Below are positions 56,843 to 64,000 of a DNA stretch of 64,000 bases, piece by piece. Under the pieces are notes generated by a model that made no database searches, was not told where the DNA came from, and saw nothing but the letters and a program-made list of their open reading frames with translations. The stretch is from Thermoanaerobaculia bacterium (GTDB taxonomy: Bacteria > Acidobacteriota > Thermoanaerobaculia > UBA5066 > Gp7-AA6): contig DATJZU010000144.1 in NCBI GenBank assembly GCA_035498835.1, positions 654 through 64,653 on the forward strand, in the 5' to 3' direction. Every line of letters starts with the position of its first letter. Position 1 is the stretch's first letter. Made by a program: the position numbers and the translations under genes.

Positions 56843-58022
56843 GGCGCCGGCCGCCGTCGAAGCGCGCGAGCGCGCCCACGTGGCGGCGACCTACGCGCGG
56901 TCGCCCTTCCACCCGCGGACGGGGCGCGGCGCCCGGCTGATCGACGCGGACGGCCGGCGCTACTGGGACCTGCTCGCCGGAATCGCCGTCAACGCCCTCG
57001 GATACCGCCACCCGCGCCTCGTCCGGACCCTGCGCGGCGAAGCCGCCAACGTCTGGCACGTCTCGAACCTCTACTACCACCCGGCCCCGGGACGCCTCGC
57101 GGAGCGTCTGACGGCGGCCTCCGGGCTGTCGCGGGCCTTCTTTTGCAACAGCGGCACGGAGGCCAACGAGGCGGCGCTGAAGTTCGCGCGCCTTCGGAAT
57201 CCGGGCCGCGCCGAGGTCGTGGCGCTCGAAGAGAGTTTCCACGGCCGAACTTTCGGCGCGCTCTCGGTCACGGGACACGCCGCCTACCGGGCGCCGTTTG
57301 TCCCCTTGCTGCCCGGGGCGCGCTTCGTGCCGCCGAACGACGAGGCCGCGCTCTCCGACGCCATCTCCGATCGGACGTCGGCAATCGTCCTCGAGCCGGT
57401 GCTCGGCGAAGGCGGCGTCATCCCCCTGACCGCGGCGTACCTGAAGACGGCGCGCGCGCTCGCGGACCGCTTCGGCGCAACGCTCGTCTTCGACGAGATC
57501 CAGTGCGGCCTCGGCCGCACGGGGACGCTCTTCGCCTTCGAGGCGGCCGCCGTCCGGCCGGACGTTCTCACACTGGCCAAGCCGCTCGGCGGCGGCCTTC
57601 CGCTCGGCGCCACGCTGCTCGGTCCCGCCTTCGACGCCCTGATCGGCCCGGGCCAGCACGGCTCGACCTTCGGCGGAAACCCGGTGGCCTGCCGCCTGGG
57701 GCTGGCCGTCCTCGACGAGATCGAGGAGGCCGGCCTGCTCGATCGCGTCGCCCGCCTCGGAGAGTGGCTCTCCGCGAAGCTCGAGAGGTTGCGCCGCCGC
57801 GTCCCCGCGATCGTCGACGTGCGCGGCCGCGGGCTCATGTGGGGCATCGAGCTCGACCGGGAAGCGGGGCCCGTCGCCCGCCGGCTGCTCGACGCCGGCT
57901 TCGTCGTCGGAACGGCGCGCCAGACGGTGCTGCGCCTCCTGCCTCCTTACGTCGTTCCCCAATCGGCGCTCGCCGCGTTCGTCCGGACCCTCGAAACCGT
58001 GTTGAAGGAGTCGCCTCGATGA
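56829..58022 (+). CDS. argD: Acetylornithine aminotransferase (class III PLP)
   Basis: The TTG start overlaps the argB end. Motifs FFCNSGTEANEAALK and the PLP-lysine region DVLTLAKPLGGGLPLGA are present. Confidence 0.85.
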   Translation: MSPLEAPAAVEARERAHVAATYARSPFHPRTGRGARLIDADGRRYWDLLAGIAVNALGYRHPRLVRTLRGEAANVWHVSNLYYHPAPGRLAERLTAASGLSRAFFCNSGTEANEAALKFARLRNPGRAEVVALEESFHGRTFGALSVTGHAAYRAPFVPLLPGARFVPPNDEAALSDAISDRTSAIVLEPVLGEGGVIPLTAAYLKTARALADRFGATLVFDEIQCGLGRTGTLFAFEAAAVRPDVLTLAKPLGGGLPLGATLLGPAFDALIGPGQHGSTFGGNPVACRLGLAVLDEIEEAGLLDRVARLGEWLSAKLERLRRRVPAIVDVRGRGLMWGIELDREAGPVARRLLDAGFVVGTARQTVLRLLPPYVVPQSALAAFVRTLETVLKESPR

Positions 58023-59257
58023 AAAGAGTCCGCCGCGTCGCGCTCGCCTACTCGGGCGGTCTCGACACCTCGATCATCATTCCCTGGCTGCTCGAGAACT
58101 ACGACTGCGAGGTCGTCGCCGTCGCCGCCGACGTCGGACAGGAGGAAGAGACCTCGGGACTCGCCGAGAAGGCCCGCCGCACCGGCGCCTCGGACTTCCA
58201 CCTCCTGGACCTGCGCGAGGAGTTCGCCGGCGACTACCTGTTTCCGGTGCTGCGGTCCGGCGCCATCTACGAGCGCGAGTACCTCCTCGGCACCGCGGCG
58301 GCGCGGCCTCTGATCGCGCGGAAACAGGTCGAGGTCGCGCTTCAGACCGGCTGCGACGCGCTGGCCCACGGATGCACAGGCAAGGGAAACGACCAGGTCC
58401 GGTTCGAGCTCGCCTACCAGGCGCTCGCCCCCGAGCTCGCCGTCATCGCCCCCTGGCGCGAGTGGAACATCACCTCGCGCGAGGACGCGATCGACTACGC
58501 CCGGGCGCGCGGAATCCCGGTCGCGGCGACGAAGCGCGATCCCTACTCGCGCGACCGCAACCTCTGGCACCTTTCGCACGAGGGAGGCCGCCTCGAGGAC
58601 CCGGCGTGGGAGCCCGAGCCGTCGCTCTTCCGCCTGACGGTCGCCCCCGAGGACGCGCCGAACGAGCCCGAGCGCGTCTCGATCGAGTTCGAGTCGGGCC
58701 GGCCGGTGGCGGTCGATGGCGAGCGTCTCTCGCCGGCGCAGCTGATCGCCCGGCTGAATGCGATCGGCGGACGCCACGGCGTCGGGCGCTGCGACATCGT
58801 CGAGAACCGGCTCGTCGGGATCAAGTCGCGCGGCGTCTACGAGACGCCCGGCGGGACGCTCCTCGTGACGGCACTGCGCGCCCTCGAGTCCCTCACGCTC
58901 GACCGCGACACGGCGCACGAGAAGGAGCGCCTGGCGCTGCGCTACGCCGAGCTCGTGTACTTCGGCCAGTGGTTCACGACGCTGCGCGAGGGGTTGGACG
59001 CCTTCTTCGAGAGCGTCTGCGAGCCGGTCACCGGCCGCGTCACGCTCAAGCTTTACCGCGGCGCGGCGACGGTCTGCGGCCGCACCTCGCCCTGCGCGCT
59101 CTACGACGCCGGCCTCGCCTCCTTCGACATGACGGGGTATACGGCCGCCGACTCGGCCGGCTTCATCCGGCTCTTCGGTTTGCCGCACCGCGGCCGCAAG
59201 CGTCTCGAGCCTCAGCGGCTCGAAACGCGCAGCCGCACCGCGGCGGGCCGCCGTTGA
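58019..59257 (+). CDS. argG: Argininosuccinate synthase
   Basis: MKRVRRVALAYSGGLDTS (PP-loop) ...GCTGKGNDQVRFE... The ATG overlaps the argD stop. Confidence 0.9.
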   Translation: MKRVRRVALAYSGGLDTSIIIPWLLENYDCEVVAVAADVGQEEETSGLAEKARRTGASDFHLLDLREEFAGDYLFPVLRSGAIYEREYLLGTAAARPLIARKQVEVALQTGCDALAHGCTGKGNDQVRFELAYQALAPELAVIAPWREWNITSREDAIDYARARGIPVAATKRDPYSRDRNLWHLSHEGGRLEDPAWEPEPSLFRLTVAPEDAPNEPERVSIEFESGRPVAVDGERLSPAQLIARLNAIGGRHGVGRCDIVENRLVGIKSRGVYETPGGTLLVTALRALESLTLDRDTAHEKERLALRYAELVYFGQWFTTLREGLDAFFESVCEPVTGRVTLKLYRGAATVCGRTSPCALYDAGLASFDMTGYTAADSAGFIRLFGLPHRGRKRLEPQRLETRSRTAAGRR

Positions 59258-60627
59258 CCGCCCGCGCCAACCTCTGGGGCGGCGGCTTCGAAGAGAAGAC
59301 GTCGGCGCGGCTGTCGCGTCTCAACGACTCGCTCGCGTTCGACCGGGCCCTGCTCGCCGAGGACGTGGAGGGCTCGATCGCCTGGGCACAGGCCCTCGGG
59401 CGCGCGCGCATGCTCTCCCCCCGCGAGGCGCGGCGCCTCGTCGCCGGCCTCGAGAAGGTCGCCCGGCGCGCCGCGCCGCGCCGCGGCCACGAGGACGTCC
59501 ACTCCTACGTCGAGGCCGCGCTCGCGCGGCACATCGGCCCTCTCGCCGGCAAGCTCCACACCGGCCGCTCGCGCAACGACCAGGTCGCGGTGGACCTGCG
59601 CCTCTGGCTCAAGCGCGCGCTGGCGCAAGGCCGGCGGGGCCTGCTCGAGGTGGCCGCGGCCCTCGCGCGGCGCGCACGACGCGAAGCGGCGACGGCGATG
59701 CCCGGGTACACGCACGGCCGCCGCGCCGAGCCCGTGACCTTCGGCCACTGGTGCCTCGCGTACGTGGAAATGCTCCGCCGCGACGTCTCCCGTTTCGACG
59801 ACGCGCTCTCCCGCGCGGACGAGTGCCCGCTCGGATCCGCGGCGCTCGCCGGCACCCCCCTGCCGGTCGACCGTCGCGCGCTCGCGCGGCGTCTCGGATT
59901 TGCCCGGCCGACAGCCAATTCCCTCGACGCCGTCTCGGACCGGGACGCGGTCCTCGACTACCTCCACTCCGGCGCGATGGCGCTCTCGCATCTGTCGCGT
60001 TTCGCCGAAGACGTGATCGCGTTCTCCTCCGACGAGCACGCGTTCCTCGCCCTTCCGGACCGGCTGGCGACCGGGTCTTCGCGCATGCCGCAGAAGAAAA
60101 ACCCGGATCTGCTCGAGCTCGTGCGCGGCCACGCGGCGCGGGCCGCGGGCGATCTCGCCGGTCTGCTGGCGCTCGTCAAGGGACTGCCGCTCGCGTACGA
60201 CAAGGACTTGCAGCTCGACAAGGAGCCGGCTTTCCGGATGCGCGAGACGCTCTCCGCCGTACTTCCGGCCGTGGCGGAGCTCGCCGCCTCGCTCCGGCTC
60301 GACCGCGCGAAGATGCGGGCCGCCGCCGGCGACGAAAGGCTCCTCGCGGCGGACCTCGCCGACGCGATCGCGCGGCGCGGCGTCCCCTTCCGCGAGGCCC
60401 ACGCCGCCGTCGGGCGCCGCCTCGCCCGCGCCCGGCGCGCCGGAGCGAGCCTCGGCGATCTTCCGCCGGGCGACGGCGTCGAAGCGCGCGATCTCGAGGC
60501 CCTCGACCTGGACCGGGCGCTCGCGCGCCGCGGCGCTTTCGGCGGCACGGCGCCCGCGCGCGTCCGCCAGGCCGCACGGGAGGCGGCGCGCTCCATCGCG
60601 GCGGCCCGGTTACGGAGGGTGCGGTGA
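59254..60627 (+). CDS. argH: Argininosuccinate lyase
   Basis: The TTG start overlaps the argG stop. Fumarate-lyase signature GSSRMPQKKNPD. Confidence 0.9.
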   Translation: MTARANLWGGGFEEKTSARLSRLNDSLAFDRALLAEDVEGSIAWAQALGRARMLSPREARRLVAGLEKVARRAAPRRGHEDVHSYVEAALARHIGPLAGKLHTGRSRNDQVAVDLRLWLKRALAQGRRGLLEVAAALARRARREAATAMPGYTHGRRAEPVTFGHWCLAYVEMLRRDVSRFDDALSRADECPLGSAALAGTPLPVDRRALARRLGFARPTANSLDAVSDRDAVLDYLHSGAMALSHLSRFAEDVIAFSSDEHAFLALPDRLATGSSRMPQKKNPDLLELVRGHAARAAGDLAGLLALVKGLPLAYDKDLQLDKEPAFRMRETLSAVLPAVAELAASLRLDRAKMRAAAGDERLLAADLADAIARRGVPFREAHAAVGRRLARARRAGASLGDLPPGDGVEARDLEALDLDRALARRGAFGGTAPARVRQAAREAARSIAAARLRRVR

Positions 60628-61817
60628 GGCTGCCGGCCGGATTCGTGGCATCGGGCGTGCGCTCCGGCGTGCGCAAGAGCCGGCCCGATCTCGCGCTCAT
60701 CGTCTGCGAGAAGGGCGCGACGGCGGCGGCCCTCTTCACCCGAAACCGCTTTCCGGCGGCGCCGGTCGTCCTCTCGCGCGCGGCGCTGCGCGAGAGCGGC
60801 GGCCGCGTCCAGGCCGCGGTGATCAACGCCGGATGCGCCAACGCCATCACGGGGCGGGCCGGCGCCGCCGCCGCGCGCCGCGTGCAACGCCGCGCCGCCG
60901 AGCTGCTGCACTGCCCGCCCGAGCGGGTTTTCCTCGCCTCCACCGGAGTGATCGGCGTCGTGCTCCCGGACGCGCGGATCCGCATGGCCCTTCCGGCTGC
61001 CGTGGCGCGCCTGTCGGCCGGCGGCCTCGACGCCGCGTCGCACGCGATCCTGACGACCGACGTGGGGCCCAAGGTCGCCGCGGCGAGCTTCCAGGCGGGC
61101 GGGCGCCGGCGCCGCGTCGTGGGCTTCGCCAAGGGCGCCGGCATGATTCATCCGGACATGGCCACGATGCTCGCGTTCGTGCTCACCGATGCGGCCGCCG
61201 CGCCGGGGTACCTCAAGGCGGCGCTCCGCCGCGCGGCCGACGAGACCTTCCACGCGATCTCGGTGGACGGCGACACGTCGACCAACGACACGGTTCTGCT
61301 CCTCGCGTCCGGCGCGGCGGACGCAGCAGATGCCGCTGCGCTCGAGGAGGGCGGCCCCGGGAGCGCCGAGTTCGAGGGCGCGCTGACCCGCGTGTGCAGC
61401 GAGCTCGCCTGGAGAATCGTCCGCGACGGCGAGGGCGCGACCCGCGTCATGGAGGTGACGATCGAAGGCGCCGCCAGCCGGCGCGACGCGAAGCTCGCCG
61501 CGCATGCCGTCGCCACCTCGCCCCTGGTGAAGACGGCCCTGCACGGCGGCGACCCCAACTGGGGGCGGATCCTGGCCGCGGTCGGGCGCAGCGGCGCCCG
61601 CGTCGCGCCCGCGCGCGCGCGCCTCGCCGTCAACGGGCTGTGTCTCGTCGAGGGCGGCGCGCCGGCCGCCTATCGCGAGCGCGACGCCGCGCGGCTCTTC
61701 GCCCGGGAGCGCGTCCCGATCACCGTCCACCTCGGCGCCGGCACGGCATCCGCCCGCGTCCTCTCGAGCGACCTCGGGCACGACTACGTCTCGCTGAACG
61801 CGGATTACCGCAGCTGA
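60624..61817 (+). CDS. argJ: Bifunctional ornithine acetyltransferase / N-acetylglutamate synthase
   Basis: The GTG start overlaps the argH stop. The autoproteolysis site ...GFAKGAGMIHPDMATML (ATML threonine) is typical of ArgJ. Confidence 0.85.
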   Translation: MRLPAGFVASGVRSGVRKSRPDLALIVCEKGATAAALFTRNRFPAAPVVLSRAALRESGGRVQAAVINAGCANAITGRAGAAAARRVQRRAAELLHCPPERVFLASTGVIGVVLPDARIRMALPAAVARLSAGGLDAASHAILTTDVGPKVAAASFQAGGRRRRVVGFAKGAGMIHPDMATMLAFVLTDAAAAPGYLKAALRRAADETFHAISVDGDTSTNDTVLLLASGAADAADAAALEEGGPGSAEFEGALTRVCSELAWRIVRDGEGATRVMEVTIEGAASRRDAKLAAHAVATSPLVKTALHGGDPNWGRILAAVGRSGARVAPARARLAVNGLCLVEGGAPAAYRERDAARLFARERVPITVHLGAGTASARVLSSDLGHDYVSLNADYRS

Positions 61818-61844
61818 CGCCGGCGGGTTCCCCGCCGCCCCGGA

Positions 61845-62891
61845 TCAGTACCCTTCGGCCTCGCTCGCCGCCGCGGCCACCTTGCCCCGATGGAGCCGGT
61901 GGACGACGACGGAGTACAGGACCGCCAGCGGGAAGCCGATCGCGAACCAGACGAGCGCGGTCTTCAGACCGGCCGGGTCTCCCCCCGCGTTCCGGGCGGT
62001 CAGCGAGAGCGCGGGATCGGTCGCGCGCAGCATCATCGGAAAGACGCACACGGCCGTCGCCGTCGAGAGGCCGGCAACGAAGGCGCACGAGCCCAGGAAC
62101 GCGGGGAGATCCTTTCCGCGCGAGAGCCCGCGCAGGGCCGTCACGAGGCCGGCCGCGCCAGCGGCGCCCAGAAGCCAGGCGAGCGGCCGCGAGGCGAGCC
62201 CGCCGAAGAACGTCGGATCCACCTTCACCGTGGCGATCGTGAGCACCGGCCAGAGCGCGGCCACCGCCACGTAGACCCGTCGGCCGACGCGGCGGCTTCG
62301 GTCCTGGACGAGACCGTCGGTCTTCCAGCAGAGGAACGCCGCCCCGTGAGCGACGAGGACCGCCAGGGCGAAGACCCCGACGAGCACCGTGTACCAGTCC
62401 AGGATGCCGACCGGCTCGCGCGCGGAAAAGTCGGTGAAGAGGGCGAGATCGAACCACCCCTCGCGGTTCAGCGGCAGCCCGCGCAGCAGGTTGCCGAGCG
62501 CGGCCCCGAGAAAGACCGGCAGAAGCGCGCTCGCCACGCCGAAGAAGAAATCCCAGGACTGCCGCCAGACGCCGTCCGCGACGTGGCTGCGGAACTCGAT
62601 CGAGATTCCCCGGAGGATGAGGCACCACAGGACGAGGAAGATCGCGAAATAGAAGCCGGAAGCCCCGGAGGCCAGAACGCGGGGAAACCCGACGAAAAGG
62701 AGGCCGGCCCCGGCCAGCAGCCACACCTCGTTGCCGTCCCAGAAGGGACCGATGGCCCCGAGCACCTGGCGCCTCTCCGCGTCCGTCCGCGCGACCCAGA
62801 GGTGCAGGGCGCCCGCGCCGAAGTCGTAGCCGTCGAGGACGACGTAGATCGTCAGGAACACGACGACGATCGCGTACCAGATCTCAACCAT
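61845..62891 (-). CDS. cydB: Cytochrome bd ubiquinol oxidase subunit II
   Basis: 348 aa. It starts MVEIWYAIVVVFLTIYVVLDGYDFGAGALHL. It has 8 TM helices. Its start overlaps the cydA stop. Confidence 0.85.
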   Translation of the reverse strand: MVEIWYAIVVVFLTIYVVLDGYDFGAGALHLWVARTDAERRQVLGAIGPFWDGNEVWLLAGAGLLFVGFPRVLASGASGFYFAIFLVLWCLILRGISIEFRSHVADGVWRQSWDFFFGVASALLPVFLGAALGNLLRGLPLNREGWFDLALFTDFSAREPVGILDWYTVLVGVFALAVLVAHGAAFLCWKTDGLVQDRSRRVGRRVYVAVAALWPVLTIATVKVDPTFFGGLASRPLAWLLGAAGAAGLVTALRGLSRGKDLPAFLGSCAFVAGLSTATAVCVFPMMLRATDPALSLTARNAGGDPAGLKTALVWFAIGFPLAVLYSVVVHRLHRGKVAAAASEAEGY

Positions 62892-64000
62892 GGGACGCCT
62901 CGCCCGCGAGGTGGCCCGCCGCGGGGCCCCGGTCGATCTCGCGGCCGATCAGGAAGAGAAAGAGAACGCCCATGACGAGATAGAGGCCGCAGAATCCGAG
63001 GAGCGTGAACAGCGTCGTTCCCGCGTGAACGTTCGCGCTCGATCCCTCGGACGTCCGGAAGAGCCCGTACACGAGCCACGGCTGCCGCCCGAGCTCCGCC
63101 GTCGTCCATCCGGCGGTGACGGCGATGTAAGGAATCGGGAACGAGAGCATCAGCACCCAGAGGAGCGGCCGGGTGCGCTCGAGCCGGCGCGTCGCGGCGA
63201 GGAGGGCCGCGACGAGCATGATCGCGATCATGATCGTTCCCAGTCCCGCCATGATGTGGAAGGCGTAGTAGAGCAGCGCGACGTTGTCCGGCCAGTCTCT
63301 CTCGGAAAAGTCTTCGAGACCGCGCACGTCCGAGTAGAAGTGGCCGTAGGCGAGAAACGACAGCGCCTGCGGGATCTCGATCGGATTGTCCAGGCGGCGC
63401 GCGGCGACGTCCGGCTGGCCGATCAGATGGAGGCCTGCGCCGGGACCCCCGCGGAAGCGGCCCTCCATGGCGGCGAGCGTCACCGGCTGATGCCGCGCGA
63501 CGAGCTTCGCCTGACGATCCCCCGTCGGGAAGGCGACCAGGACCGACGAGACGAGGCCGGCGGCGACGCCCAGCCGGAGGAAGCGCCGCGCCTGTTCCCG
63601 ATGCCGGCCCTGGAGCGTGTAGAAGGCGCCGGCCGCCGCCACGACGAACGACGCCGTGACGACCGAGGAGACCATGTTGTGCGCGTACTCCGCGAGGGCC
63701 CACGGGCTCAGGACGAAGTCCCGGAAGCTCGCGAGCCGCAGGTTGCCGTCGGGCCCGACCGCGTGCCCGGCCGGGAGCTGCATGAATGCGTTCGTCGCGA
63801 TGATGAAGTAGCCGGAAAGCCAGCTGCCCAGAAAAAGCGCGACGGCCGCCAGGAAGTGCCCCCGCCGGGACAGCCGCCTCTCTCCCCAGACGAGGAGCGA
63901 AAGGAAGCTCGACTCGAGGACGAAGGCGAAGAGCCCCTCCATCGCCAGGGTCTGGCCGATCACGTTTCCGGCGTATTGCGAAAACCGAGCCCAGTTCGTG
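62884..64000 (-). CDS. cydA: Cytochrome bd ubiquinol oxidase subunit I (C-terminal part; gene continues beyond window end)
   Basis: The Q-loop and C-terminal TM helices of CydA are present. The ORF is open at the window edge. Confidence 0.85.
   Translation of the reverse strand, partial: TNWARFSQYAGNVIGQTLAMEGLFAFVLESSFLSLLVWGERRLSRRGHFLAAVALFLGSWLSGYFIIATNAFMQLPAGHAVGPDGNLRLASFRDFVLSPWALAEYAHNMVSSVVTASFVVAAAGAFYTLQGRHREQARRFLRLGVAAGLVSSVLVAFPTGDRQAKLVARHQPVTLAAMEGRFRGGPGAGLHLIGQPDVAARRLDNPIEIPQALSFLAYGHFYSDVRGLEDFSERDWPDNVALLYYAFHIMAGLGTIMIAIMLVAALLAATRRLERTRPLLWVLMLSFPIPYIAVTAGWTTAELGRQPWLVYGLFRTSEGSSANVHAGTTLFTLLGFCGLYLVMGVLFLFLIGREIDRGPAAGHLAGEASHG

Noticed and set aside
1-64000. CRISPR arrays, transposases/integrases, phage genes and rRNA/tRNA genes
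   Set aside because: None seen. There are no repeat-spacer periodicity, no DDE/tyrosine-recombinase-like ORFs and no rRNA-like conserved blocks.

Overview
This is a ~70% GC bacterial chromosomal segment with extreme GC3 codon bias, so arginine-rich antisense ORFs are abundant artefacts. It is densely coding, with about 60 genes, most of them translationally coupled by ATGA/GTGA/TTGA overlaps. The organism is unknown; the protein set is compatible with an acidobacterial or deltaproteobacterial soil bacterium. There is no CRISPR array, no transposase or integrase, and no rRNA or tRNA that I can support.

**Housekeeping genes**
- purE-purK.
- A complete argR-argC-argB-argD-argG-argH-argJ operon with tandem ARG boxes in its promoter.
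- cydAB (cydA runs off the window end).
- sodA.
- The otsB-otsA-GH15 trehalose operon.
- A Sir2/CobB deacylase.

**Signalling genes**
- A CHASE3-PAS hybrid histidine kinase.
- A MASE1 hybrid histidine kinase.
- A cNMP-binding histidine kinase coupled to a REC-thioredoxin-reductase fusion.
- A sigma-54 activator lacking a DNA-binding domain, preceded by a 76-aa DHp-only ORF.
- A LuxR/MalT-like regulator.
- ArgR.

**Envelope genes**
- An 8.5-kb cyclic beta-1,2-glucan synthase followed by a MacB-type permease / adaptor / ATPase operon.
- A lipoprotein sulfatase.
- Two GT-C-like membrane proteins, one with an IPT/TIG domain.
- An AI-2E transporter.
- A Delta9-type desaturase.

**Stress gene cluster**
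A concentration of small stress genes: KGG-like hydrophilins, a Fet4-like permease, BON, DUF1328, PRC-barrel, Ku, lmo0937-like and a metallothionein.

**Most notable findings**
1. A signal-peptide-bearing thioredoxin-fold gene at 50597..50959 carries an in-frame TGA exactly at the first position of a UxxC redox motif, with a stem-loop 20 nt downstream (interpreted here as a candidate selenoprotein). It sits beside a cNMP-HK / REC-TrxR two-component pair.
2. An SmtA/BmtA-type metallothionein is interrupted by an in-frame TAG.
3. An operon of methyltransferase / unknown protein / AMP-ligase / Orn-DAP-fold PLP decarboxylase is flanked by GT-C membrane proteins and a sulfatase. This is a candidate uncharacterised surface-modification locus.
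4. Several pseudogene or repeat signatures: a DsbA-like frameshift, a Gfo/Idh/MocA fragment, direct repeats flanking the desaturase, and a heptamer microsatellite.

All calls rest on reading the translated ORFs and the nucleotide sequence by eye; no database searches were run.
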